Assembly (NCBI GenBank): GCA_016186095.1
Contig: JACPMG010000003.1
Location: forward strand, 1 to 52,199
Direction: 5' to 3'
Length of the DNA stretch: 52,199 nt
Source: Candidatus Sungiibacteriota bacterium
GTDB taxonomy: Bacteria; Patescibacteriota; Minisyncoccia; Sungbacterales; HO2-52-23
The number at the start of each line of letters is the position of its first letter. Positions within the stretch are counted from its first letter, which is position 1. Shown one piece after another: positions 42,789 through 51,329 of the stretch. Both the position numbers and the translations under genes were made by a program. Under the pieces are notes generated by a model. The model was not told the DNA's origin, did no database searches, and was given only the letters and a program-made list of their open reading frames with translations.

Positions 42789-42886
42789 CCCGACCTACCC
42801 CCATCAAATCGCGCCCTAAAAAAGAGCCCAGAAAAGCCTTATAATGCTTGCATAAGCAAAGTTCTAGACCGACTTACACCGCTTTT

Positions 42887-43459
42887 ATGCCGAAAAATTC
42901 AAAAAAATTTCCGCCTTCTGCCAAACGCGTCTTCAAGGGCGTACTTTTTGATATATGGCAGTGGAAGCAGAAGATATATAATGGAAGGGTAGAGACGTTT
43001 GAGAGAGTTATACGTTCCGATAGCGTGCAGGTTATTGCCGTGGTCGGCAAAAGAATTATAATTCAGGAACAGCTTCAGCCAAGTTGGCCCAAGGCCATGC
43101 TTACTTTCCCCGGCGGACGCGCGGACGAAGGGGGCAGTATACTTGAGGAAGCAAAACGTGAGCTTTTGGAGGAGACGGGTTATGTTTCGGATGACTGGGC
43201 GCTATGGAAGACCGTCAAGCCCTCCATGACGGTAATTTTTACCATATATATCTTTGTCGCTCGTAATTGTAGAAAAGTTGCCAGGCCCCAGCTTGATGGA
43301 GGCGAGAAAATCAAAAACAAACTTGCATCTTTTGATAAATTCCTCCTGCTTTCCGAAAATCCCAGATTTCGCGAGTCCGAAGTGGCGGCGGAGATGCTCC
43401 GCGCCCGTCTTAATAAACGGAATAAAACTAGGCTCCATAAATTACTTTTTAAAAAATGA
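42887..43459 (+). CDS. NUDIX hydrolase
   Basis: NUDIX box GGRADEGGSILEEAKRELLEETGY. Its TGA overlaps the dnaG ATG. Confidence 0.75.
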   Translation: MPKNSKKFPPSAKRVFKGVLFDIWQWKQKIYNGRVETFERVIRSDSVQVIAVVGKRIIIQEQLQPSWPKAMLTFPGGRADEGGSILEEAKRELLEETGYVSDDWALWKTVKPSMTVIFTIYIFVARNCRKVARPQLDGGEKIKNKLASFDKFLLLSENPRFRESEVAAEMLRARLNKRNKTRLHKLLFKK

Positions 43460-45243
43460 GTTCTCCGATTGATGATATTAAATCCCGCCTTGACTTGGTG
43501 GAGCTGATCCAATCTTACGTTCGTCTCCAGAAAGCAGGGATCAACTACAAGGCCAACTGTCCTTTTCATACGGAAAAAACCCCGTCCTTTTTTGTCTCGC
43601 CCACCCGGCAGATGTGGCATTGTTTTGGATGCGGGAAAGGCGGCGACCATTTTAAGTTTGTCATGGAAATTGAGGGGCATGAGTTTCCCGAGGCCTTGCG
43701 CATGCTTGCCCAACGTGCCGGAGTGGTCTTGAAAAGAGAAGACCCCGCTATTCGTTCCGAGCGTAACCGCCTGTATGATCTTTGCGAGGAGGCGACCAAA
43801 ATTTTTGAAAGGAATTTGGCGCTGACTCCTGCTGTCAAGACGTATCTTAAAAACAGGGGAGTGGTTGGTGAGACCGCGAAAGAATTTCGTATCGGTTTTG
43901 CCCCGCAAAGCTGGGATTTTTTAATGAAGGCGCTTAGCGCCAAAGGTTTTCGCAAAGAAGAAATTGAAAAGTCCGGCCTGGCTATAAAATCAGAAGACGG
44001 AAATTCATGGTATGATCGTTTCCGAGGCAGGATCATGTTTCCGATTGCCGACGGCAACGGCCGCGTAGTTGGTTTTAGCGGGAGAGTATTTGAAGAAGTC
44101 CCGACGCGCTCCGCGGTCGGGACCCCGACTCCCGATAAAAATCGGGACGTCGGGGCAAAGTATGTTAATACTCCGAATACCCTAATTTATGATAAATCTC
44201 ACGTGCTCTATGGTTTTGACAAAGCCAAGCAGGAGATCCGCGGCAAAAATAAAGTGGTGGTGGTGGAAGGCCAGATGGATTGCGTAATGTCGCATCAGGC
44301 CGGAGTGAAAAATACGATTGCGGTATCGGGCACGGCTCTTACCCCTCAGCAGTTGAAGGTCCTGCGCCGGCTCTGCGATACAATCGTAAGCTCTTTTGAT
44401 ACTGATGCTGCCGGAGATACGGCGACTAAGCGCTCTTTGGCGCTAGCCACGGAGTTTGAGTTTGAACGAAAGATTGCCGTGATACCTTCGGGCAAGGATC
44501 CTGCCGATGCGGTTTTAGAAAATCCAAAATCATGGCTTGGTGCGGTGGAGGCGGCCAAACCCGTGGTGGAATTTTATTTTGAAAAATCGTTCCGGGGGCA
44601 TAATCCATCCGGTGCTGACGGCAAAAAAGCCATTTCGGCCACGCTCCTTCCTTTGATTGCGGAGCTGGGGAATGAGATTGAAAAATCCCATTGGGTAAGC
44701 GAGCTTGCGCGCCGCCTCTCGGTGCGCGAAGATTCAGTATGGGCGGAGCTCAAGCGTAAAAATGCCGGAGCCGCGACACCCAAGACCAGCGAGCCGGTGG
44801 AGGCCGGGCGGGTTCCGACCAGGCGCGATCTGCTGGAGGAGCGGATGCTGGCGCTTTTATGTTTTGTGAAGGAGGATTTACGCAAAAAAGAGTTCGCCCA
44901 TCACTACGTTGCTTTCACTTCAGACATAAACCAGCGAATTTTTGAGACACTGCTGGGGGGAAAAGTGACTGTCGCGGCGCCGGAATTGAAAAATGATTTT
45001 GATCTTCTTCGTTTCAAAGGCGAGGTGCTGGTGCAGATGACGCATGATTTGGAGGAGGAGTTTCTTTCCTGTAAACGGGAGCTGGAAAAAGAGTGCATCA
45101 AGGAACGGCTTCTGAAGATCGGCGGGGAAATAGAGAAGAAAGAGAAAGAGGGAGACCGCGTTTTGGTGACCTCTCTCTTGCAGGATTTCCGCGCGCTTTC
45201 TGATAAATTAAAACTGCTATCGCATGATTATGCCCAAAAGTAA
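43456..45243 (+). CDS. dnaG: DNA primase
   Basis: CHC2 zinc finger ([11 protein letters not shown]...CFGCG), a TOPRIM domain ([16 protein letters not shown]). Confidence 0.9.
   Translation: MSSPIDDIKSRLDLVELIQSYVRLQKAGINYKANCPFHTEKTPSFFVSPTRQMWHCFGCGKGGDHFKFVMEIEGHEFPEALRMLAQRAGVVLKREDPAIRSERNRLYDLCEEATKIFERNLALTPAVKTYLKNRGVVGETAKEFRIGFAPQSWDFLMKALSAKGFRKEEIEKSGLAIKSEDGNSWYDRFRGRIMFPIADGNGRVVGFSGRVFEEVPTRSAVGTPTPDKNRDVGAKYVNTPNTLIYDKSHVLYGFDKAKQEIRGKNKVVVVEGQMDCVMSHQAGVKNTIAVSGTALTPQQLKVLRRLCDTIVSSFDTDAAGDTATKRSLALATEFEFERKIAVIPSGKDPADAVLENPKSWLGAVEAAKPVVEFYFEKSFRGHNPSGADGKKAISATLLPLIAELGNEIEKSHWVSELARRLSVREDSVWAELKRKNAGAATPKTSEPVEAGRVPTRRDLLEERMLALLCFVKEDLRKKEFAHHYVAFTSDINQRIFETLLGGKVTVAAPELKNDFDLLRFKGEVLVQMTHDLEEEFLSCKRELEKECIKERLLKIGGEIEKKEKEGDRVLVTSLLQDFRALSDKLKLLSHDYAQK
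44098..44155. repeat. About 57-nt in-frame double-hairpin element in the dnaG RNA-polymerase domain
   Basis: GTCCCGAC (44098-44105)/GTCGGGAC (44116-44123). CCCCGAC (44123-44129)/GTCGGGG (44149-44155) encloses TCCCGAT-AAAA-ATCGGGA. Encodes [19 protein letters not shown] just before KYVNTP. Confidence 0.8.
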
Positions 45244-46423
45244 GAAAAAAATCATAAAAAAGAAAAAACCGGTCAGGCGCCAGACAGCGGATGTTAAGAA
45301 GGGGTTGGGCGAGAAACCGCCGTCCAGGAAAGAATCGGCCGAGGAGGCGGAGAAAAAAATTCAGCTGCTTATGAAGAAAGGCCGCGAGCGGGGGTTTGTC
45401 ACTTATTCTGAAATTCTTTATTATTTTCCGACGATTGAGGAGGATATTATGCTTTTGGAGGATTTGTACGCGCGGCTGGAGCGCGAAAATATTCAAATAC
45501 TTGAGTCGAAAGAATTTATTGAAGAAGGAGAAAAAGAAGAAAAAGTCTCCTTGAAAAGAAAAAAACGCGAGGCGGCGCTTGACTTTGAGCAAATGTCGCA
45601 GGATTCCGTGCAGATGTATTTGCGTGAAATCGGGCGTATAGCGCTCCTTACCGGGGACGAGGAGAAAGAGCTTGCCAAGCGGATTGAAAAGGGAGATGAG
45701 GAGGCGCGAAAGAAACTGACACAGGCAAATTTGCGCCTGGTGGTGTCCATTGCCAAGCGCTATGTCGGACGCTCTGCGCATTTAACGCTTCTTGATTTGA
45801 TCCAGGAGGGTAATTTGGGACTTTTTAAGGCAGTAGAAAAATTCGATTACCGCCGGGGGTATAAATTTTCTACCTACGCCACCTGGTGGATTAGGCAGGC
45901 CATCACGCGCGCCTTGGCGGATCAGGCGCGGACTATCCGTATACCGGTGCATATGGTGGAAACAATTTCCAAATATCAGCAAGTCAAGCGCCGACTGGTG
46001 CAAGAACTGGGCCGGGAGCCTTTATCGGAAGAAATTGCTGCCGAGATGAATTTGGAAGTTGAAAAAGTGCATCATCTGGAAAAAATAGAACAGGATACGG
46101 TGTCGCTTGAAGCACCGGTGGGGGATGATGATGAAGATTCGGTGCTCGGCGAATTTATCGTGGACGAAAAAACGCTTAGCCCTTCGCAGGTTGCCGCGCG
46201 GCGGCTGCTGCGCGATCAGCTGAATCATATAATACGGGAGTTAACACCGCGCGAGCAGAAAATTCTTTCCATGCGTTTTGGGCTGGATGATGGTATAACC
46301 CATACTCTGGAAGAAGTGGGCAAGGAGTTTGGAGTGACCAGAGAGCGTATCAGACAAATTGAAGCCAAGGCGCTCGAAAGAATCAGACTCCACGAGACGG
46401 CGAAAAAATTTGAACAATATTGA
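45224..46423 (+). CDS. rpoD: Primary RNA polymerase sigma factor
   Basis: Region 2 ([13 protein letters not shown]), region 3, and region 4.2 ([20 protein letters not shown]). Overlaps the dnaG end. Confidence 0.9.
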   Translation: MIMPKSKKKIIKKKKPVRRQTADVKKGLGEKPPSRKESAEEAEKKIQLLMKKGRERGFVTYSEILYYFPTIEEDIMLLEDLYARLERENIQILESKEFIEEGEKEEKVSLKRKKREAALDFEQMSQDSVQMYLREIGRIALLTGDEEKELAKRIEKGDEEARKKLTQANLRLVVSIAKRYVGRSAHLTLLDLIQEGNLGLFKAVEKFDYRRGYKFSTYATWWIRQAITRALADQARTIRIPVHMVETISKYQQVKRRLVQELGREPLSEEIAAEMNLEVEKVHHLEKIEQDTVSLEAPVGDDDEDSVLGEFIVDEKTLSPSQVAARRLLRDQLNHIIRELTPREQKILSMRFGLDDGITHTLEEVGKEFGVTRERIRQIEAKALERIRLHETAKKFEQY

Positions 46424-46466
46424 AATTTGTGGTAAATTCTGAATACATTTCAGCGTAGCGAAGTGG

Positions 46467-46494
46467 GCTGAAAGCAAACTGCTTTGCTTTCAGC
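46467..46494 (+). terminator. Perfect 12-bp hairpin after rpoD
   Basis: GCTGAAAGCAAA-CTGC-TTTGCTTTCAGC. No T-tract. Confidence 0.5.
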
Positions 46495-46524
46495 GGGCGA
46501 TTACAATAGAAACCAGTTGAAACC

Positions 46525-46665
46525 TCCGGCGTAGCTCAGTGGTAGACCTGCCTGCCGGTAGGCAGGGCGGCTCGCTGTTCCAATCGGAGGATGATCCGCC
46601 TCTGGCGGAAACGAGAAGGTCCCAGGTTCTCAGCCAAAGGCTGATTCGCCTCCGGCGAAGAATCC
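46525..46665 (+). pseudogene. tRNA-Asn-like gene carrying three hairpin insertions and lacking its 3' end
   Basis: After removing 46547-46566, 46580-46609 and 46630-46659, the remaining 55 nt differ at one position from the body of the intact tRNA-Asn at 46700-46771. Confidence 0.6.
46624..46665. repeat. 42-bp direct repeat, left copy
   Basis: AGGTTCTCAGCCAAAGGCTGATTCGCCTCCGGCGAAGAATCC, identical to 47040-47081. Confidence 0.9.
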
Positions 46666-46699
46666 ATAACAATTTTAATTTCATTGTAAAACCATTTTC

Positions 46700-46771
46700 T
46701 CCCCAGTAGCTCAGCGGTAGAGCGGCTCGCTGTTAACGAGAAGGTCCCAGGTTCGAATCCTGGCTGGGGAG
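46700..46771 (+). tRNA. tRNA-Asn (anticodon GUU)
   Basis: Hand fold: acceptor TCCCCAG/CTGGGGA, anticodon loop CTGTTAA, T-loop TTCGAAT. Flanked by a perfect 14-bp leader/trailer inverted repeat. Confidence 0.9.
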
Positions 46772-46798
46772 AAAATGGTTTTACTATTTTTTATACAG

Positions 46799-47041
46799 AT
46801 GTTTTTCATATATGTGTTGCAAAGTATTTCATATGGAACGCGTTATGCCGGTAGTACTGATAATATAGAAAAAAGATTGAGCGAACATAATAAGGGCCGT
46901 TGCCGATATACCAGCGGACGCAAGCCATGGGAGATTGTATATCGGGAAAAATTTGAGTCAAGGGGTGAAGCAATGAAGCGCGAAAAATTTCTAAAATCGG
47001 GACAAGGAAGAAAATGGCTAGACGATAATTTATCCGGTTAG
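46799..47041 (+). CDS. GIY-YIG nuclease family protein (UPF0213-like)
   Basis: MFFIYVLQS..YGTRYAGSTDNIEKRLSEHNKG...KPWEIVYREKFESRGEAMKREKFLKS. About 80 aa from ATG 46799. Confidence 0.8.
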   Translation: MFFIYVLQSISYGTRYAGSTDNIEKRLSEHNKGRCRYTSGRKPWEIVYREKFESRGEAMKREKFLKSGQGRKWLDDNLSG

Positions 47042-47081
47042 GTTCTCAGCCAAAGGCTGATTCGCCTCCGGCGAAGAATCC
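47040..47081. repeat. 42-bp direct repeat, right copy
   Basis: Identical to 46624-46665. Overlaps the GIY-YIG stop codon. Followed by a tRNA-3'-end-like TGCCCGGGGAGG. Confidence 0.9.
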
Positions 47082-47208
47082 TGCCCGGGGAGGTTTGAAT
47101 CGAAACAAAAGTCGTCCAGGGACGAGTGGCTCGCGGGCCAAAGCGAAAGTGCGGCGACCATAATCTTTTTTTCTTGAACCGCCGGAGAATCGGTGGTTTA
47201 ATGTAATC

Positions 47209-49941
47209 ATGACTGTTGCTCGCGCTTTTCTTTTATTACATGTCGTCATTTTGTGTCTGTCTTTCCTTGCTATTTTTGCGGCAGCTTCAAGCGGCGGCCT
47301 TTTTATCGTTCAAACCAACGGCCCTTCGGCCGGAGCCATAAAGCACGGTTTAGGGTTTTCTCCGGCAAAGCCCGATATTATTTATGTTGATAGATACAAG
47401 TCAACGGACGGCGGCAATACTTGGCGCGAATTTTCTTTGCCTGTAGACGAAGCCGTTCGGGCGATAGCGGTTGACCCCAAAAATGCCGACATAATTTATC
47501 TTGTCGTAAACCATACTATCTATAAAAGTTTTGACGGTGCGGGGTCTTGGCAAAAACTCATCGCTATTGATCCACGAGGCGATAACCCGACCGTCTCCGC
47601 CCTGGCTGTTAATCCGGACAACAGCAACATTGTCTATGCTGGCACAACCCACGGCGATTTGTACAAAACAGCCGATGGCGGCTTAAGCTGGCAGAGTATC
47701 AGCGGTCGGCTTGGCACGAACGCGCCTGTCAGCAGGATTGTTTTCAATCCTCAAAATACCCAAGAAATATATGTCGGCGCCGGAAGCTGGTATTTAAGCG
47801 CGTTAGTCGGGCTCCCCAAAAAGGGCGGAGGGTTGCTAGTTTCAAGAGATGGCGGAGAAAATTTTAAAAAAATTGAGAGCGACTTTAAAAACGATCTGGT
47901 GCAAGATGTTGATGTTTGGGGCAAGACAATTTATGCCAGCGTCCACCACGCGCCCGACTCCAATGAGGAATGGCGCAGAATATACAAATCCGAAGACGGC
48001 GGCGTATCCTGGAAAACCGTTTTGGATAAAAGAATTTTAACTCACGCGGCGGTTAATCCCAAAAACGCGAATCATATTGTCGTATCCGGAGCGGACAACG
48101 AGCCGTTTTATGTCTCAAAAGACGGCGGCGTATCCTGGAAAACAGTGGGCCTTAGCTCGTCTGAACCAATCCGCTACACCCACGAGCTGGAAATAGTGGA
48201 CGACAACCATGTCTATGCTCTTGAATATTACAAGCCATTTATGAAATCGTCGGACGGCGGCTCAAGCTGGCGCTGGTCGTCGGACGGAATAAAAAACAGC
48301 TCCGTTTACGCTCTTCGGATTCATCCGGCTAACAGAAATAAAGTTTTAGCCGGAACCGGAGATGGAGCTTTGCACACCACCTTAGACGGCGGTAAAATTT
48401 GGAAAAGATTTTTTGGCTCAAATCTTGAGGGTGGCAGTATAGCGGCGATAGAATTTAATCCCGCTAGTTCGGCCACTCTTTATTTTGGCGTGACCGGAGC
48501 TACGGACAGAGCGACCGGCAGGTATTTTGGTTCTCCGTGGCGCGATACGGGATTGTATGCGTCAGACGACAGCGGATCAAGCTGGAGTAAAATGCGGGGA
48601 CTGGCCCATCCTTACGGCAGTGGCGACAACCAGCTGGAAGTCTACGACATATTTATCCATCCGCAAAATCCGAATTTAATGCTGGTTGGTACCGCTTCGG
48701 AGGGTATTTATAGGAGTGAAGACGGCGGCAAAACGTGGCGGAACGCTAACAACGGCATCCCCAAAGAAGGATTTTATTGGAATTTAAATCTAAAGCCGGA
48801 AGGCAACACGCCCCGGGAAAGATGCGAAGGGGAATTCAATAAATATAAAGCGGGACAAAAGTTTGATACGGGATGTTTTTATTACGCCACCCATACCAGC
48901 ATGAAGCTCGCGGTTAGACCCAGTAATGCGGATGAAATATGGTACACGACGCTTAACGGCGTTTTTGTATCCCGCGATTCGGGTCGGTCATGGCAGTGGC
49001 TTTCGGATGATCTTAAAAATATTCATGTCCATTTTATGGCTTTTGATCCGCAAGACCCAGATATAATTTATTTGGGCACTCATCAGGGAGCGATAGACAG
49101 CCATGGCAACGTCGCCGATTCTTCCAAGGGTTTACTGATTTCGCGCAATGGAGGAAAAAATTGGTCGCAGACTGCAAGTGGCCCCGGTCAGGGGCATGAC
49201 ATACGGGCGATTGCCGTCAATCCGGAAGATCCTAATATGGTGGTGGTCGGCACCGAAGATCCGCTGTATGTCAGCAGGGACAAAGGCAAAACCTGGACGA
49301 AACTCGCGACCCCAAAATTAAAAGAAGCCGACAGAATACAAATAGACAATTCGGCTAAAATAATTTATATGGGAACGGCTCAAGCGGGCGTGTGGCGGGG
49401 GATAATAGATTATTCGTCATCTAGTCCCTCCCTTATGGAAGTGACCGGAGTAACGGCTCCGGCCGCGGCTAAGGCCGGCGATAATTTTTCTGTGGTAGTT
49501 TCTATTGATAATATAGGCGGTAGGGCGGGATCAATGCCGGTCAATGTAAAAATAGGTGAATTTAATGATGGAAAAACCGCCGATCTTTCTTTTACGGATC
49601 AGAAAACGGTGAACTTTTCCGCGTCCGTAAAAGAAAAGGGTGAATATGATATTTTTGTGAACGGCCAAAGCTACGGGAAAATAACTATCGGCGGCGGTTC
49701 TATTTTTTCGGGGTTATTTGAAAACGAAAAGGGCGAAAGCAAGGGCGAGGAGCAGGCGGCGAGCCGCGAGGAAAAAACGGGGGAGGACGGAAATATTTTG
49801 AAATCAGAAGAGACGGGATATTTTGGGAAATTATTCTGGCCGGTTTTCTGGATTATTTTTGCCGCCACGACTATTTTGGTCGGCCTAAAAATAGCGCCCA
49901 AAATATTCCGCGCCATTTTTAAACGAACCGGCAACAAGTAG
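47209..49941 (+). CDS. BNR/Asp-box repeat (sialidase/Vps10-type beta-propeller) surface protein with a C-terminal TM anchor
   Basis: 910 aa with a signal peptide. About 13 SxDxGxTW-type Asp boxes (STDGGNTW, SEDGGVSW, SKDGGVSW, SRDKGKTW...). Confidence 0.8.
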   Translation: MTVARAFLLLHVVILCLSFLAIFAAASSGGLFIVQTNGPSAGAIKHGLGFSPAKPDIIYVDRYKSTDGGNTWREFSLPVDEAVRAIAVDPKNADIIYLVVNHTIYKSFDGAGSWQKLIAIDPRGDNPTVSALAVNPDNSNIVYAGTTHGDLYKTADGGLSWQSISGRLGTNAPVSRIVFNPQNTQEIYVGAGSWYLSALVGLPKKGGGLLVSRDGGENFKKIESDFKNDLVQDVDVWGKTIYASVHHAPDSNEEWRRIYKSEDGGVSWKTVLDKRILTHAAVNPKNANHIVVSGADNEPFYVSKDGGVSWKTVGLSSSEPIRYTHELEIVDDNHVYALEYYKPFMKSSDGGSSWRWSSDGIKNSSVYALRIHPANRNKVLAGTGDGALHTTLDGGKIWKRFFGSNLEGGSIAAIEFNPASSATLYFGVTGATDRATGRYFGSPWRDTGLYASDDSGSSWSKMRGLAHPYGSGDNQLEVYDIFIHPQNPNLMLVGTASEGIYRSEDGGKTWRNANNGIPKEGFYWNLNLKPEGNTPRERCEGEFNKYKAGQKFDTGCFYYATHTSMKLAVRPSNADEIWYTTLNGVFVSRDSGRSWQWLSDDLKNIHVHFMAFDPQDPDIIYLGTHQGAIDSHGNVADSSKGLLISRNGGKNWSQTASGPGQGHDIRAIAVNPEDPNMVVVGTEDPLYVSRDKGKTWTKLATPKLKEADRIQIDNSAKIIYMGTAQAGVWRGIIDYSSSSPSLMEVTGVTAPAAAKAGDNFSVVVSIDNIGGRAGSMPVNVKIGEFNDGKTADLSFTDQKTVNFSASVKEKGEYDIFVNGQSYGKITIGGGSIFSGLFENEKGESKGEEQAASREEKTGEDGNILKSEETGYFGKLFWPVFWIIFAATTILVGLKIAPKIFRAIFKRTGNK

Positions 49942-49967
49942 CGGACACTACATTATTATGGTCGCCG

Positions 49968-50008
49968 CACGGCTCACGCCTGCAAAGATTTATTTACCCT
50001 GAGCCGTG
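49968..50008 (+). terminator. Hairpin after the BNR gene (weak terminator candidate)
   Basis: CACGGCTCA (49968-49976)/TGAGCCGTG (50000-50008). No T-tract. Confidence 0.3.
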
Positions 50009-50024
50009 TCGAAGGGCCAAAAAT

Positions 50025-50120
50025 CCAATACGCCATCCGCTGTGCCCTTCCGTAGCTTTAAATTCAATACGCCAGCCGAGTGGCGTATTGAAAAAAGCGA
50101 AGGAGGGGATGGCGTATTGG
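50025..50120. repeat. Nested perfect inverted repeats built on CAATACGCC
   Basis: The outer 14-bp pair is CCAATACGCCATCC (50025-50038)/GGATGGCGTATTGG (50107-50120). The inner 12-bp pair is TTCAATACGCCA (50063-50074)/TGGCGTATTGAA (50081-50092). Confidence 0.7.
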
Positions 50121-50205
50121 GCGGAAACGTTTACCCGCCTAAATTTATAGAATTTTGCAATAAATTCGGCGCGGGGGTTTAATGGGGGAGAAATGCTTAT
50201 AAACT

Positions 50206-50781
50206 GTGACACGAGCGGAATATATCTACAATTCAAAATATTATAATGGCGTAGACCTTATTCAGTTGAGGCCGCGCTCTTTTGCATTCAAAACAATTAA
50301 AACTAAAGACGGAACTCTGGTTGGACTATTTCAGGGTGAACGAGGAGAAAGATCTGATATTGATTTTGTAATAAAAATCCTTATCCCTGGTGCGGATAAA
50401 GTAATGCGACCGCCTACCCATACATTTTGGGTCGTAGATTTGTTATTAAAAATTCCGGAATTTAAGAGTGAAGTAAGAGAAATTGTGCAATATTATATTG
50501 ATTACTATGAACGCACGACCCCTTTTGGATCGGTTGAAGAACGAAATAATTATCAACTCGAGACTGTTGAGGAAATTTCTACACGCTATGTACAATTGGA
50601 ACAGCCATACACGCTTTCATTAGATTACGTTGCGACTGTTATTGAGCTCTTCTGTAAGAATGAAAAAATAAACCCCGGAGCATATATGTTTCGCGATCTA
50701 TTGATTATGCTGAGAGACTATATTGATGGTAGAAGACATTATACTGAGGTGCTTCAGGCCGCGATGCCTGGTTTTAGATAA
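50206..50781 (+). CDS. Hypothetical protein convergent with the restriction-modification pair (start uncertain, GTG)
   Basis: 191-aa ORF in an AT-rich region. No motif recognised. Confidence 0.4.
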   Translation: MTRAEYIYNSKYYNGVDLIQLRPRSFAFKTIKTKDGTLVGLFQGERGERSDIDFVIKILIPGADKVMRPPTHTFWVVDLLLKIPEFKSEVREIVQYYIDYYERTTPFGSVEERNNYQLETVEEISTRYVQLEQPYTLSLDYVATVIELFCKNEKINPGAYMFRDLLIMLRDYIDGRRHYTEVLQAAMPGFR

Positions 50782-50797
50782 GTAGATGCGTTAAAAA

Positions 50798-51319
50798 TCA
50801 CTTCGGTACAGGTAGGCCGATTTTTTGTAATGGTAGATAGTTAAAGTAATATTGGCATCCAACCGAAATGACGTAATCAAGAGTATCCTTATACGCAGGA
50901 TTTTTGAACCAATCGTTGAGAATATAAATATATTCTACGTCTATATTTAAAGGAGCCATTAGTTTTCGATACTGTTTTTTCTTAAAATCGCAGGTTTGCA
51001 ATTTTTCATCAACTGATCCGGCAACTTTTTGGAATTTCATCTCAATGATAAAAAGGGTGTTGTTGATGAGCACATAAAGTGCTTCGTCCGGGAAAAGACG
51101 CTTGGATACTAATTTCTTCCAGCCAATCTTTCTTTCTACGAGTAATTTGTATAAACCTTGTTTACGATAACTTCGGGCGACTTCTTTATTTTGAAAATAA
51201 ATGATATTGTTCTTTACGGTATAACCTTTTGCCTTTTTGAGAATATCTAAAATATCGCGTTCCTTTTCAAAGTTAAGCCCCGTTATAGTATTTCCACCTC
51301 CTGTGCCTTTCGTTTTCAT
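50798..51319 (-). CDS. Putative type II restriction endonuclease (PD-(D/E)xK-like)
   Basis: 173 aa. FPDEALYV...FIIEMKFQ fits PD...ExK. Lies 10 nt downstream of a DNA methyltransferase gene. Confidence 0.5.
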   Translation of the reverse strand: MKTKGTGGGNTITGLNFEKERDILDILKKAKGYTVKNNIIYFQNKEVARSYRKQGLYKLLVERKIGWKKLVSKRLFPDEALYVLINNTLFIIEMKFQKVAGSVDEKLQTCDFKKKQYRKLMAPLNIDVEYIYILNDWFKNPAYKDTLDYVISVGCQYYFNYLPLQKIGLPVPK

Positions 51320-51329
51320 AAGTTATATT

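Noticed and set aside
43180-43908. 242-aa minus-strand ORF
   Set aside because: It is antisense to the well-supported NUDIX and dnaG genes. The same reasoning applies to 45098-45781 (antisense to rpoD), 43566-44057, 29183-29740, 21116-21700, 6634-7230, 25789-26256, 32784-33593 and similar shadow ORFs.
46490-46684. 64-aa minus-strand ORF
   Set aside because: It is entirely antisense to the tRNA-like pseudogene and its hairpin insertions.
47180-47186. CGCCGGA as the true 3' acceptor strand of the interrupted tRNA-like gene (complement of TCCGGCG at 46525-46531)
   Set aside because: No T-arm precedes it. The word TCCGGCG is itself part of the recurrent TTCGCC-TCC-GGCGAA hairpin, so a chance or repeat-derived match is likely. 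The 47082-47092 segment with leader/trailer complementarity is the better 3' end.
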